A stretch of DNA of 64,000 bases from Hormiphora californensis. Lineage: Eukaryota; Animalia; Ctenophora. Positions 23,511 to 45,208 of this stretch are shown here, one piece after another. Below the pieces are notes generated by a model. It saw only the letters and a list, made by a program, of their open reading frames with translations. It was not told where the DNA came from and did no database searches. Position numbers and translations under genes: made by a program. Numbering within the stretch: the stretch's first letter is position 1; each line of letters starts with the position of its first letter. The stretch lies in the NCBI GenBank assembly GCA_020137815.1, contig CM035354.1, positions 4,712,001 to 4,776,000 of the forward strand, read 5' to 3'.

Positions 23511-24169
23511 CCTCTCTCTGCTGGGGGTAACTCATTCATCACCATCACCATCTATACAGTGTTATACTTCCACCACTCTGCCATTTGAATGTTCAGAAAC
23601 TTCAAGCTATGTACTTGATATGCATAAGAATGGTTGTGCTCTAGCTCCCCATCCTTCTATCATTTCATGATTCGTCCTGCTGTAATCTGTAATGACCACT
23701 AGCCATTCATTGAAGAATGAAGACTCACTTTGGACATGACCATTCTGTGGAATCCCTTCTTTCTAACCACCTTGATGTTCTTCAATATGTGTGTTTCTCA
23801 GCCCTAGTACATGATGTCAATTATATTTTGTATCTGCTGATGTTCATATTCTCTTTTAGGCCACGCGAGATAGTCTGAACAAGGTCTTTCACCCAGGGCA
23901 GCTCACAGCTGGGTGGGGTGATCGTCTTAGGTCAACTAACTGATGCCTCCCAATTTAGCCCAATCAACATGATGTGCTGTCAATCATTGACTCAATATGA
24001 CATGTGCATTTTACCCAGCTGACATCATATGATCTTGTTGGGGTGGGTGGGAAACAATGTCAACTGTCAGATCTCTCTCTCTCTCTATTTCTTGATCCCA
24101 AATTTTCCCAACAGCTGCTCTCATTTTAGGATCATGTCATTGGCGCTTCCTTCTCTCTCTCTCTCACTC

Positions 24170-24240
<71 letters not shown>

Positions 24241-24348
24241 ATCTTCTCCTCACACATTTCGTAATCACAAACACACAATAATTTGTGCAGTAGTTGCTCA
24301 GGAAAAGGCAATAAGAGCGTCTCTTCTCGTTTTCAGCTATTTCTTACT

Positions 24349-24433
<85 letters not shown>

Positions 24434-26110
24434 ATCTCTCTCTCTCCTTCTCTCTGTAGTAGGCTGTAGCCTCACATTCATTATGTGCCTCAAATTCCTG
24501 TTTTCTCTTCATTCCTAATTTTCCTACTTTTGCGCCGCTTAGCTTGTGTCGAGCCATATAGTTTCCTTTGAACTTGTGAACTTATGTTAGTTATCCTAGC
24601 AGCTCTCTCCTGACCTTTTGGGATTCTCCAGACTCTATCGTTACTCAATTCGATAATATCTGTACTATTAGGAAGTGTGTTGAGAATGAGTACCCTACTG
24701 TCCCACATCACATCACTACCCCGTCGGCCAAAACGTAAATGTGTGAGGCTTCGAACTCCATACCGTTAATTGTAAAAAGTTCATACCGGTGGGGTTGGGG
24801 TATATTTTAACCCCGTTTCGCCTACGAACTGCAGTAACCAGCCCTCCTAACCCCCGTTCTCTCTGATTTCAGATCTGGAAGAGAAGGATGAGGTAGTTGA
24901 AGTGACGCCGAGGATCAGCGACGCGTACAGGGATCTAGTTCGGCAGAACAACAAACGGACAATGCCCGGCCATCACCATAGCAACCACAACAACTCCGTT
25001 CCCAGGGCAACCAACAACGCGCACAACAACACCTCCGTTAGGTCACCCCCGAACTCTCATCGCGTCACCCCTGACACCCACCGTCACCATGCTGTTGCCC
25101 GGGGTAACACCCCTGACACCCACCACCATCACCATGATGTTGCCCGGGGCAACACCCCTGACACCCACCGTCACCCTACCGTTACCCGGGGCCAGGAAGA
25201 GGAGGAGGAGGTGGTGGGGTATGTTCGGGATGTTGTCCGGTCTTCATCCGAGACGCCCTCTAGTGGCCGGTCTCAGGACTGCTGTCGGCGGGGTAGCAGG
25301 GAGCAGTGTCCAGCAGCAGGGGGTGCCAAGTGGAGGGGGTACACATCTGAGAGGGCGTCCAGTGGGTGTAGTAGTACAAACCCAAAGGCGAGGGGTTTCT
25401 CTGATACCCCTTTTCCAAGCCAAAACACCAACAAAACACCTTCAAAAAAACACCCCTAAAACCCCAATTTAAACCTATGAAAATAATAAAGGGTGTCTTT
25501 TTTAAAAGGCCACATGGAATAGTTTTTGGCACAAAACACGTGTTGTGTACTGTGTTTTGCTTTTAGACTTAAGTTTTTTAGTGTGAAGTGAATGACGTGA
25601 TTTCTGATCACACATTACTGGAAATATTCACATACTACCCGTGTTTTCCTTCTTCTCTTTTTCCCCTTTTTCTTCTCCTTTTCCTTTTTTGTTCCCAATT
25701 TGTTAGTGTATTGTGGGGGAGGAGAGAGGGGGGGGCCATGCGGGTGTGCTTGTTTTTTCAAATAGCCCCGCATCACTTTTTAATGAATGTTATCTAGTTG
25801 ATTGGCTTTATTAGTTTGTAGTAGTGTATGTTATGTACATTCCAATCCAAAAATATTGTGCATTACGTCTAGATTTTGAGTTTGGTCCTACTTTTCTTTT
25901 TGGGGGATAATATGGGCCCTGATAGCTGATTTATATTTTCTAGAGTGTCTCCTCCCAATGTGACTCCCACCTGTGTCGGAGCTGTGAGGAGAGTGCCGGG
26001 TACGATACGGACACCTCAGATGAGAGTCTGAAGAGAGAGGCAACTCTGAAAGCAATCAAAGTACCCTTAGCGAACATCCAGACCACTGGAACTATACCTC
26101 CCTACAACAT
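22271..26110 (+). CDS. Hypothetical low-complexity protein (5' part; may splice on to the 28559-29925 exons)
   Basis: Exon 22271-22340 ([23 protein letters not shown]) is phase-compatible with 24873+ (His-rich TPDTHRHH repeats). A further open exon lies at 25943-26110. Confidence 0.5.
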
Positions 26111-26121
26111 GTGAGTAGTGA

Positions 26122-26507
<386 letters not shown>

Positions 26508-26984
26508 CCTGATTCCTCTGGTATAGTCTAAAGTCGTGCTAAATTCATGTACTAGTTCTTCCTGGAAGATAGGCAGGGGAAACAGAGAAAATTTCTAAAA
26601 GAAAACCATTAAGACTAATGCCATGAAAAGAGACTGTAAAACATTAATACTACATCAAAACATATTTAATGATAACTGACTAACACAGTACACACTGCAG
26701 TTATTTGATCATCCTTGAGTTCGCACGACCTGTCAATCTAGCATACAATTCGCAAGATCTCTCACAATTACAACTCATGATAGACGCCGTGAAATATATC
26801 AGATATAGATCCATCTAGTGCAGTTTTTGTTGAAGAATCCATTATTTAGTGTGTTGTTATAGTAGTCGTGGATACAATCTTTATCTTCTTGTTAATATTA
26901 GTTTGTTACTTACACTCATCTCCACGGTTTAGCACCATAAACAAGATGACTTCTCCTTCTATCTCTCTCTCTCTCTTACTCTCA

Positions 26985-27048
<64 letters not shown>

Positions 27049-27951
27049 CTCTCTCCCTCTCCCCTCTCTCTCTATGTGATGATTTCATAGTGTTTGCAGT
27101 GATTATCTGCTTAAACTGCGATACAGATGGCCATTATAGAAAACTTTGTGACGTATCATGGCACCTGAATCAGCTATAATAGAGATCTGATATGGAGTGA
27201 CAACTGCATTCATAAGATGAGAAAAATAGAAGAATACGGCAAATATCGAACATATTCATTACCATGACTTGTTTCAGTTTTTAGCTAACTATCATCAATT
27301 CTAACGAAGCTTCATATGACTCAGGAGTATGATCTTCCTCAGACTCTGAGTCAGAGGAATGAATATATTCAAGGTTTTTTGCAGTAACTCTTGCAAAACA
27401 AGAAAGCTCAATAGTATCATGATTCATAACAAGACAGCAATTATAGTATCATGACGAATAGAAACCAAAAGAAGATCTCTATTTCACTGCACTTATATAT
27501 AAAAGAGGTCCTGGATGTGATCTTGGTATCATTATATGAAACAACCCTTTGTTGTTATGACCTGCGTCACACACACCCTCTCAAATCATCCTTGACGTGG
27601 TCCATCACTCTTTCCTTCTTTCCAAGTTTTTCAATAGCTTGAAAATGTAGTTGACGTTGAATGATTTCTCGATCTTTTGTTTGTTCAATAACAATCAGAA
27701 AATGGAAGACATAAATAGAACGCGTGTCTCTGATCTCTTTCTCTCTGAGAGAGGGGAGAGAGAGTCTCCTCCCTCCATCTCTCTCTTCCTTTTTTCGAAC
27801 TTCAATATTTCCCAGTCATGTTCATGTTTTGTCTTGTTGACCCCTTACTCAACAAATGTTGTCACATTGATTTTGTGGTTACCAAGGGTACCCTCTGTAT
27901 CCTAGCAACCAAACCTCTTGTAACCACCGGCTCTCAACTAAGGTAATGCAA

Positions 27952-28029
27952 AGTCAGTCACCGATTTACCGGGATGCTCGGGGAAATGGTTTTTATTTCA
28001 TGTACTTTGTAAATCGGAGTCCGACTGTA
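27952..28029. mobile_element. Degenerate ~80-bp Tc1/pogo-type MITE
   Basis: CCGATTTACCGGGATGCTCGGGG...GTAAATCGGAGTCCGACTGTA. Resembles an abundant Pleurobrachia repeat as I recall it. Confidence 0.55.
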
Positions 28030-28558
28030 CTGTGAACACTGACAGGACTGTACAACTACATTTTAGAGCAACCTACATAAAGTCATGTATGGCCTAGTAG
28101 GTACAGACAGACGATAGGTATATGACATTGACAGATCTAATTGACTAACAGGACAGACGTCCAATATAAATTAGGAAAATTGGTTTCATTATTAGAACCT
28201 GTCTCTCCAGGAATGCAGACACATTCTAAACTGGATATGAATTTCTCTGGCTCTGTTTGTAAAAGAGGCAAATTATATCTCCAGAATGAAGGAGATAGAT
28301 CAGTGGTAGATCAATAATTATTGGTGAACAAAGGAGCTGGCATGTTCAGATCCAAAAGTATACAATACACTTCCGAAATTGTAGGGAATGCATTGTGTCA
28401 GGCCATGCTCCACCAGGAGCTGGAGAGAGATGATTCATTGTATCTATTGTGTGTCAGTAGTGATCATTTCTACAGTACTGCACATTATAATAGTGTGTTC
28501 TCTATAATCTGGTTGATACACACTGTACTGTGTGATCCTTTGTTCTGTCGCTATATAG

Positions 28559-29925
28559 ATGCAGTACCGCCTCTCTGGACAGAGTACCATGTACCTAACT
28601 GTACCAAATGGTGTATCTAAGAAGTGTACCAAACCAAATGTTGCATCCAATCCCATCAAGAAGTGTACCAAACCTAAAACTGTCACATTCCAAACTACGA
28701 ATCGACCAACAAGGAGCCCACCTAAAGCTAGATCTCCCAAGACAAACATTACGACAAACTCACATTCCAACAGGTCTCTAAAAGGATCAGCTCCTTCATA
28801 AAACTAACTATCTCTAACACAACATAATTCCTACAGGCAGCTAACTGAGGGAAGTAATCGGACCCATCAGAATGGTAGGGGTCCATACCACCGGGCCCTT
28901 CCTCCATCCGTTATCCGGGATAGTGTGCCATCAACATCTGAAACTAACTCAGGTTAGCCTGATCCCTCAAATATATTTTAGAACCTTCATTTCCTATTTT
29001 TATAAGCCCTTTATATTTTACTATTTTGCTGTTGCTATGTAATATCATTGACAACTTTGAAGTGATATCCTGAGTCCTTACTTGTAACTTTCCAGGTATG
29101 TCCTCACAAGAGCTCAAGATGGTGAGGATAGCACCTGTGACGTCAGATAGCGAGACCCAGACTGAGAAGAGTGTGGTGGTGGTACCACCTCCCATCACTC
29201 CCACCCCGCCCGGACCACCACCCCCTACAGACCCTCCCCTCGACCAATATCACAGCATCTTTCAACTGGACAAGTAAGTGATGATCTTCATTTGTTACTC
29301 TTCCTTTACAATGAGAGAGGGTCGAGCAAGACATATCCTAAAATGGAAATGGCTGGTTGTGAATGTCCAAGGGGTGTCCTGGAAGAGTATTCTAGTAGTT
29401 GTGGCGAATGTGACTACACGGCATGTGTAAATTTACATGTTCTCTAAATCTCTGCCTACAAATTGCATGATCATGGGCCTCCTCCATAAACACAAGGAAC
29501 AATGAGTTAGGAAAGAGTAGAGAGCGTAAAAGTTTCAGAAAGGGGGAGAAATCCACCGTGTACGTGAGAGCCTCATGTTCTATAAAAACTCACCCCCCTC
29601 TCCCTACAGATATGCGCATCTCACTAAAAGAAAGAGGTCACGTGGTATACCCAATGTCAGCACGTGGTTTGGAATGAGTGCAGTTGAGCATCTCATTCAG
29701 AACTCTGTGAACTGTAATAGTTGGATTTGGACGGCCCCTGAACGGCAGACCCGGACCCCCAGTTGTAGTAGTAGGGCACCCAGTACCACTACTGTTCGGA
29801 TCACACCAGTTGCAGAGAAGAAGGAGACTCCTGTAGCAGCTGTAGGGGAGGTGGGCAGACATACAACACTAGGGGAGATAGACCATTGGGACTCGGAAAG
29901 GAGTCTACTAGATGTGAGTAGTTAA
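28559..29925 (+). CDS. Hypothetical Pro/Ser/Thr-rich protein (3' exons)
   Basis: Open GT-AG exons at ~28559-28773, 28838-28952, 29097-29272 and 29610-29925. No domain recognised. Confidence 0.5.
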
Positions 29926-30054
29926 CCACTGATTTAACTTTCTCATGTCACTAAAACATGATAAAATCTGTTACTGAAGACTATCATTTCTACAGTGTGT
30001 GTCTCACCTTAGCTTCTATCTAGTCTTCTTTTCAATACTTACTCACTGCAGGCA

Positions 30055-32649
30055 ATGAGCGATATAGGGGAGCAGTTATTCGAGGGACTCAGTCCGGCAC
30101 CCTCAAGGAAGGGATCACGGAGGGGTTCTACAATCTCACTAGCCGATCTGGATCTAGGGGACGGTGTTGGAGGTGGAGGGAAGGGAAAAAAGTATGTATA
30201 CCGTCTGTCTGGCGGAGCCGACCTGAGCGCACAGTAAATCAAAACTTGGGTTGGCGACGCCAGACAGCCGCGGTTAATGGGTTTGTATGGGCACTTTTTT
30301 GAAAGTTTTACACGTGGTCCAATATCATCTAACAATGTTTCCAGTCTCTTCTCTCTCTTCAGAATGAAGGGAGGAAAGTTGAAGGGCCACCACAAAAAAG
30401 GGACAACAGGGGCCATCAAAAGTGCCGTGAAGGGCTCCATCATCTCCAAGTGTCGCTCCCCTCGAACGGTCCGGAAGACCCCAGGCACGCCAATTCAGCG
30501 GAAGTCTAATGGTAGTGCGAAGGATGATTTATTGCAGGTACTCTCAGATACCTTTACAACTCAGGAGGAGGGATCTCCTGCTGAGAATGGGGGAGAGGAA
30601 GAGGAGAAGAGAGCAGCAATGGAGGCTGTCACCAACACTACCATCAAGAATCAGGGACTCCTTCAGGTACTAATTGACAATTCAGTATATTGACTGCTCA
30701 TACTCCCTCACGAATCCGATCCCCTTAGCCTTCTCTTTATTACCACCCAATCCCTTAGTTTAGTCTTGCATTTATTTACCAACCTAGTCCCCCAACCCCC
30801 ATGATCCAATCTAACCCGAATCCTCCAGTCTCCCCTTCCCTCCCAGATGCTAGAAGAGACGAACAACAACGATAACGACATGCCAGAGGAGAAGAAGAAG
30901 GCCAAATCGAGGAGGGGAGGTGGAGGTGGAGGAAGGTTCCGGGGAGGGGGGACTATGATGAAGTGTGCTATGTTCGATGAGGTCGTGAACCATGTTCGAA
31001 AGGAAGACGAAGTAAGATTGCTGTGAGCATGCAGGAACAATATATTGATTGCTGATATAATAAACAGACACTGAATCTAATAAATACTCTTCAACTAAAC
31101 GGCGCGACTGAACTAGCATGATTTGCTGAAAATACCAGGTCCTCTTTTCCACCACTTCCAGTATAGCCCTCTTTCTCTCCCTCTGATTACTGAACTGGAC
31201 CCACTATAGCCCTCTTTTCCCTGCCTCTGATTACTGAACTGGACCCACTAGCCCTCTTTCCCTCCCTCTGATTACTGAACTGGACCCACTAGCCCTCCAC
31301 AGATTCCGATAGAAGAAGCACGCCGAAAGAGGATAGACGTGCACCACGGGTGGAGAAGCGTCTACAGATCAGAGATGCGTACAAAGGCCTTTGAGGACAA
31401 GGGGCTCCGTGATGCGGGATACGACATTAGGGTAGGCAAACACACCAATAACTTTGCGCAGCGGGAGAGCTAGCTCCAGAATAAATGCTGCCAATATAAC
31501 CAACCAGAGACTTGTTGCTGCACGTTGGGGCTGTATTTTGGGAACTCGCTGCCACAATGCTTGAAAAGGACACTTGAAAAATGAATTCGGCAGCTGCATG
31601 GAAATTAAATTAAAACATCAACGACGCCTGTTTGCTGTTTTCCTGTCAGGCCATGGCTCTGACAGCTGTTTGCTTTTACACCGCCACAAGAAACCAACGT
31701 GCATGTTTGCTGCTTAGAACGCTCAGTAGTAGTGCCATGCGCTGCTGTCAGGCCACTGCAGCTCTGACTGGTACCGATGGGCTCCCCAACAGATCAGCTG
31801 TGTATGCGCATGTTAGCACTCTTTTGATCCCATTCCTAAATCCGACACCCCAGTTTCCCCCAGAATACAGAGAAAATCGAGGAGCTGAAGCAGGAGGAGG
31901 TGAGAGCCAAGCCCCACAACCACTCAAAACCACTTCAATCGGCGGCCAACAAATGGAAAATGAAAATAGAGCGCCCAAAAATGGAGGCCCCACCTAAGTT
32001 GGCCAAAACAGCTGCCCCCAAGACCAGTTCAGATAATGTGGCTAAAAGGTGGCTAGCCAGGACCAAGAAAGCAGCTCCTGTACCTCCTGGACAGCAGCGG
32101 TGGACGTCCACCAAAGCCAAAACCATGGCCATAAACCGACTCCGTGCTACTTCACACGGTCCTTCTTCCGCCGCAGCCACCACTAACGGAAACCAGGAAA
32201 ACTCGGAAAAGAAATCTCTACCGTCACTCAAAAACCCCTCCGTAGTGTCCAACAAATCAGCACCTGGTACCTCGCTAGCTTCTAAACCAACACCTAGACA
32301 AACCACCTCTCTGGGTAAACCACCCCTGACAACACGGCAACCACCGGGCAGTAAACCTTTGAGCGGGGCCAGTAAACCACTTACCAGACAACCTCCCAGC
32401 AGTGGGGCCAAGGCGAACTGGCAGAAGGCTGCCACTAAATCAAAAACAGTCAATAGTTTTGGGAAGGGGCCTGGTGTTGGCGCTAAAAAGCCGTATGTCC
32501 CCTATAAACCACCTGCAAAGTCAGCGGGTGGTATGGGGAAAGGAGGTCTAGGAGGTGGTAAAAATGGTAAAGGAGGCGGACCAGGTGGCAAAATGGGCGG
32601 TGCCAAGTTTGGAGGAGGAGGAGGGAAATTCGGGGGTAAACTATTTTGA
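30055..32649 (+). CDS. Hypothetical basic, Lys/Gly/Pro-rich protein
   Basis: Exons ~30055-30191, 30363-30666, 30847-31011, 31303-31431 and 31864-32649 with canonical splice sites. Ends in GGKFGGKLF-type repeats. Confidence 0.65.
31163..31297. repeat. Intronic tandem repeat, ~3.3 x ~42 bp
   Basis: GCCCTCTTT..CCTCTGATTACTGAACTGGACCCACTA three times. Confidence 0.9.
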
Positions 32650-33489
32650 TTGCTTGTTTTTTTGTTGTGTGTATTATTGAGTGTACACGTGGGTATGTGT
32701 GTGTGCACAATTTGCACGTGCTAAAATACATTTCCACGTGATAAACGCGTGTACACTTTTCCACGTGCAGGGTATCAATTGTGTGTGAGACATGAGTAAA
32801 AGTGCTAATTTTGTAACAGAAGTACTGTCATTTTGTTGTTGTGAGTGTGTGGTATCAAAGAGAGAAAGAGCAAGAGTGAAATGATGAAGCGTGTTCATAT
32901 GTTTCGTTACTATCAAAATGACCATTTTATTCGTTTATTTAATCCCAGATTTATACCCGTGCTAGCACTCCATCTTCCTTTATGACGATAGACAATCTGT
33001 CTCCCCTTTCTCTGATTATCTCTCCCCCTCTAAAAAATGCTAGCACGAGTCTCAACCAAACAAAAATGCCTAAACATATTTTCATCACTGTACCCTCTCA
33101 CAATCAGCTATGGTTAAAAAGCCACAAGTATTCATGCTCCAATACATGCCCCAGCAAGCACGGTCCATGCTGTCCAGTCATGAATCCTGAGTAAATCCCG
33201 AGGAGTGAATCATGAGGAGTGATTCTCAAGGTGTTGTCATGGTGATACCTGGATAAGTGGATAACTGATAACAGGTAATTTCTATTTCTAGATATGCATT
33301 TTATATCTAGAATTGACAGTGCAATATATGAAAATGATATACGTGTCTACAAAATCATCCAAAATAGATGAATTGATCGGCTAGTCACGTGATTTCTAAT
33401 CCCCATATACAGAGACATAGAGTGCCCAGGAAGACTTTTGAGAAATAATACTTAGAATATACCGTGTGCCGTTGTTTGCTTGTGTGTAA

Positions 33490-35398
<1,909 letters not shown>

Positions 35399-36207
35399 AC
35401 GGAGACATGTGTTGGAACACAGAGAAGAAGAATGGGGATGACTGATATCAGTAATGGTTGACTGACAGACGACAGTGCTTTGATTCAAAGTTGGAAGATT
35501 GGACTTTGTCGCCCGGAGGATTTCGGGTGCTTAGAACTAAACTAAACCACATAGAGTGTGAACTAATTTGGAGTTGGGATTGAGTTGAGTGTTTATGAAG
35601 GTCGTGATTTACCTTCTTAGAGGTTTTATAGTGGGGTTTAATCAGTTGGAGCCGCTAATTTCGATTTAAATTGTACCTGATCATATTTTTTGTTCCTTTT
35701 TCTAACCACAGATTCATAGATTTACTACCATACCCTCCTTCCTTACCCCTCTCCCTTCTCGTATATATAATTGTTACCTCCCAATTAGCTTTAATCAACT
35801 CATGGATCCACAGATAACATGTTCTCCAAACAAGACACGGCCCTACAAGCATCATTATGACGTCATGGGGTCCAGTGTTGAATCGTGAGGTAGTGTGTTA
35901 CTATGGAGACACGCCTGCATTGGTATACATATGATCCAGGCTGGATATGAAGGTATGTCAATGTGTATAAATTCTTATTTCTAGAATTGTTGATCTAGTA
36001 TAATTGACAGTGCAACAATATGCTGCCACCGGCTACCCCGTCTACTAAATCATCAAAAATAGATGAATTGATCAGTGCTGGTCACGTGATTCACCACGAG
36101 AGATACATATAAAATACACCCTCCCCCTATACACAGAGAGAAAGGAAGACTTTTAGAGAGATTTCTCTTTGAATATACCGTGAGTTTGTTTGATATAGTG
36201 CTGCGAT

Positions 36208-41065
<4,858 letters not shown>

Positions 41066-41745
41066 ACAGACAGACAAAAACGATGGAAATGACAGATAGT
41101 GACCGACAGACAGACATAAGAGGCCTGACTGACTGACATGACTGTCGACTGACTGACAAACAGTCGAACCCACTTTTTTCGCTTGAAAACACATAATCTT
41201 GGCTAAATTTAATAGCATAAATTCTTCATTGCGATATAATGAGATTTTGGTGGATCATTACCAATTAGAATATTCTTTGGTTTAGGTGCAGGGCACGAAT
41301 TTGAACAAAATGTTTTATTTCCTAACAAATTTGTTGAATTTAGATTTTTATTGAATGACCAACTGAACACACCTGTCACAACATCATCGACCTATAATTC
41401 CTGTATCACTAATCTATATATAGAACAAGACAGGTCTGAAAATTAGGATTCCTCCTTGTACCGTTATAATTTAAAATTCTAGAATTAAATTTAATTCATG
41501 ATGATGGTATGTGGACCCAATAATAACATTTCAAAGTAACCAGGGTGCTCCCTTTAGGTCTCAGAATTATCGGTGCGGCGACGCTCGTCTGGCATGATCA
41601 TCTTATCTGTTTTCTCCTTTCCACTGACTGCCTATCTACTCAACTCTCTCTTTCTGATTCTAGGTGGTGCTCCATGGATCTCTCTCTCTTTCTCTTTCTC
41701 TCTCTCTCTCTCTCTATCTCTCTCTCCCCCCTCTCTCTCTTTTTT

Positions 41746-41815
<70 letters not shown>

Positions 41816-42933
41816 TCTCTCCCTTCTCCCTCCCTCCCTGAACCATAACGAGATTGTGCGTCTTCGGATCATCTGTTTTGTCACATCATTATACCCAGGT
41901 CCCCCTTATCAACAGCCCCCTCTCATTAAAAACCATTAAGATTGCTCCGTGCCTGGCGACGATCCCGGCCTGTCACCAGGGTAGTTGAAATCTCAAATTC
42001 CATCTGTCTGGCTGCCCTCCCCCACCCTGTTTTCAACAATTTCTACTGTCTCATGTTTTATCACACACTGAACGTTCCAGTGCGGTACTTCAGCTTAATT
42101 TCTTTTGATTTTCATACTATATGACTGTAATTTCTCGCCCGGTTCGGAGAGGGCAGTCTTTTGGGAGACAGTCTTTTGATTTGCTAACTTTTATATCTTG
42201 TGCTCCAAGCACAGTTGATTGATTTTTATTGGTGCTTCCTTGTGAATGATTTCTCAATCGTAAGCCTTTTTCTAAGATTTCGTTTGATTCTGCGAATATA
42301 TAAAACTGCTTGAGATAGTACTTACCAAAATCTCTCTCTCCCTTTCTTTCGCTCCCCCCCCCTCTCTCCCCCTCTCTCTCTCTGATCTCTCTCTCTCACA
42401 CCCTCTTGCCCCGTTTTGATAATAATTGCTGAATCACACTGCATCTAACATGTCACATGAAGATGGAGAAGTGTCCTTGTGAGAACAGCTCTCCTAGAGA
42501 GAGGGGTGAGAGGTGGAATGAATTTATTCGCACTTGTTGAATTGTCAAGTTCAAACTGATGGGATAATAATTAAGTTGATAAAAGATAGCTTTTATAGGG
42601 TAGGTTGGAGTACTGTAGTTGAAGGTAGTAACGACACAGCTCAGACCGAGCGAGAGAGGTACCAGGGAACCCTTTATTTAATTATTGTTAAATAATAAAT
42701 TCCGCAAAATAGTAAAACTCTTCTTCTTCTTGGCCGGCATCTTATTCTTACAGAGTAATTTTCTCAACACGATCAGATATGCATACTCACACACATCTCT
42801 CTCCCTCTTTTTTCTTTGCACATTACCTCCGGGTACATGGCTAGGATTCGCACGTTTGCGGCTGTCCAATTACAGACCAATTAACCGATTTCACAAATTT
42901 ACCAAGCTACTAGATTGTAGAGAGTGATGCAAT

Positions 42934-44598
42934 ATGATGCTACAACATTTTGTTCTCTCAGTCCCGACCAATTCTTGGATTCCTGCACCGCCTACCCGAT
43001 ATACTGTTATCCTGTCAGTACTACTCCTCCTCTACACCCCATCCTACTCCATCACCACTATCACCCCGCGTGGCGTGGTGATCAGTGAGGGTGCTAATGT
43101 CACCCTAACCTGCTCCACCACCGACCTCACAACTCCACCTTCCTGGAACACTGACCATGGTGGCAGACTGGTACCAATGGGTCTGCAAATGGATCCCAAA
43201 CCTCAGATAACCTCATTGCTGGTGCTGGAGAATGTAACGAGCGGTGATAGTGGGTGGTACAAGTGTGATACTGTGCGGGCACATGTGTTTGTTGAGGCCC
43301 CGGTAAGGGGTCTACAGATCAGGGTTCTGGATGTTACTAACACAGGGGGTAAGGTTGAATGCAGTTCCAGTAGCGGCTTCCCCGCACCCACTCTCTCCCT
43401 CACATCTGAGCACTCTTCAACTGTGGAGAGTGTGGCCTATACAAGGCACATGGAGGTTGTTAATGGTTCATGGTGGGTGGAAACCTCACTGCCCCTCCTC
43501 AACCTCACTTGTACCTCACAACAGGACCTGTACAGTGGGAGGATAGCAACCCGCACTACCTCACACCTCCTCCAACTACCCCGACCTCTCATCATCACCC
43601 TACCTGAGGAACTATCAGCCCCGGCTGGAGAGGAAGGTGAGGGTAGTGTGCAGACTGAAGCGGACTATCCACTACCTCCAGTGCTAGTCCTGAACCATAA
43701 TAACACTGTACTAAACGCCAGTGCGGTACCCGTGCAGCCAGCAAACATAACGATATTACCATATTTGGAGGTGTCCGTGATGTTTCTGGCAAGTTCAGCC
43801 ACTCAGGGGGTCTACACATGCTCAACTCCTGGGTCTCTTCACCGCTCTGTTGTGGTGACCGTTCTCCGTCCTGCTACATCTACTCTTATTCTACCAGATC
43901 TAGATCTCACAATAAAGAAGGAGGGGGAGATCAATATTAGGAGGGGGTTACATCCTTTAGTTAGGTGTTTAGGGGATGGTAACCCTCCCCCTGTCCAAGT
44001 ATCCATCCTAGTTAACCGGACCCGAACCCTCAAATACACCTCCAGCCCACCGTGGAGAGTTAGCGGGTTTGTAGGGATGGAATACCCTACTGTGGTGGAG
44101 TGTCTGACACATCAGGGGTGTATGGAGGAGAACTGTACTAGTCGTGTCAGTGCTATCCTGACACCCTCCATTTCCAGCCCATCAGGGACAGCTTCTAGTA
44201 CTGCCATGGGGCTCTTCCTCTCCTCTCTCATCACTACCTTCACCGTCCTGACATTTCTATTTGGTGTGTTTCTACTCTGTGCCCATTGTGCAATATCCCG
44301 CTCTTCTGAACCTGGTTTAATTGTACCAGGAGGTTCCAAACCAACAGCAGCTAAAGAACAGATCCCATCTCCAACCCTGCTGCAGCGGTTTTCAGTTTCA
44401 CTGAGTGGTAGTTGGGATGGTGGATTTGAGAGTGCCTTGTTTGAGGGCGGGCTGGGTGGAGGGGACCCCCAAGTGTGTAGTGAGTCACTGTGCTCTGGGT
44501 GCCATGACTTGAAGAAGAACTGTCCCGCAGACAAGACCAGTTCACCGGAGGGAACACTGGACTCCAGTCCTGTTAATGATTATGAATCAGTAGGGTGA
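42934..44598 (+). CDS. Immunoglobulin-superfamily single-pass membrane protein
   Basis: Signal-like VILSVLLLLY, EGANVTLTC..W..DSGWYKC, C.SSSGFPAPTL, QGVYTC, C.GDGNPPP, TM at ~aa 426-450 and a cytoplasmic tail. The true start may lie in an upstream exon (acceptor at 42960-42961). Confidence 0.88.
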   Translation: MMLQHFVLSVPTNSWIPAPPTRYTVILSVLLLLYTPSYSITTITPRGVVISEGANVTLTCSTTDLTTPPSWNTDHGGRLVPMGLQMDPKPQITSLLVLENVTSGDSGWYKCDTVRAHVFVEAPVRGLQIRVLDVTNTGGKVECSSSSGFPAPTLSLTSEHSSTVESVAYTRHMEVVNGSWWVETSLPLLNLTCTSQQDLYSGRIATRTTSHLLQLPRPLIITLPEELSAPAGEEGEGSVQTEADYPLPPVLVLNHNNTVLNASAVPVQPANITILPYLEVSVMFLASSATQGVYTCSTPGSLHRSVVVTVLRPATSTLILPDLDLTIKKEGEINIRRGLHPLVRCLGDGNPPPVQVSILVNRTRTLKYTSSPPWRVSGFVGMEYPTVVECLTHQGCMEENCTSRVSAILTPSISSPSGTASSTAMGLFLSSLITTFTVLTFLFGVFLLCAHCAISRSSEPGLIVPGGSKPTAAKEQIPSPTLLQRFSVSLSGSWDGGFESALFEGGLGGGDPQVCSESLCSGCHDLKKNCPADKTSSPEGTLDSSPVNDYESVG

Positions 44599-44765
44599 AT
44601 ATTATCGGGGAGAGAGAGAGGAGGTCGTAACAAATCCTATGTGTGCAGCTCAGTAGCGGGTTGAGTCAATTCTCTCTTCTCTCGTCTCCCTTTGTTGCAC
44701 TCCTCATCCCCAGCAGTAGACACTGCCAGCCGAGTGGAGGGGACCTGTAAACCCCCCTGCAGCAC

Positions 44766-44810
<45 letters not shown>

Positions 44811-45125
44811 CGATAGAGAGACGCATATGTTAAAGAGGATCGCTAAGAAATTACATTACTCGCAACTCGCTCCGGGGCAAATGAGGAATGCTCATAATGA
44901 TTGTCGATCTACCCCGGATATTATTTTATCGGCCTCCAATTGAGTACCGCAATCACCCGATAAATAGGGCGGAGAGATGGTATCGTAATCATCAGGAATT
45001 ACCAGGAATTACCCCACCCAAGATGCCAGTAGTGGTGCACACTGTGCAGTAGTAGTAGTGCCCCACGCTACTCCAAATTGGCCACCATTAGGACTCCATT
45101 AGAGGGTACCAACCAGGCGATAGAA

Positions 45126-45208
<83 letters not shown>

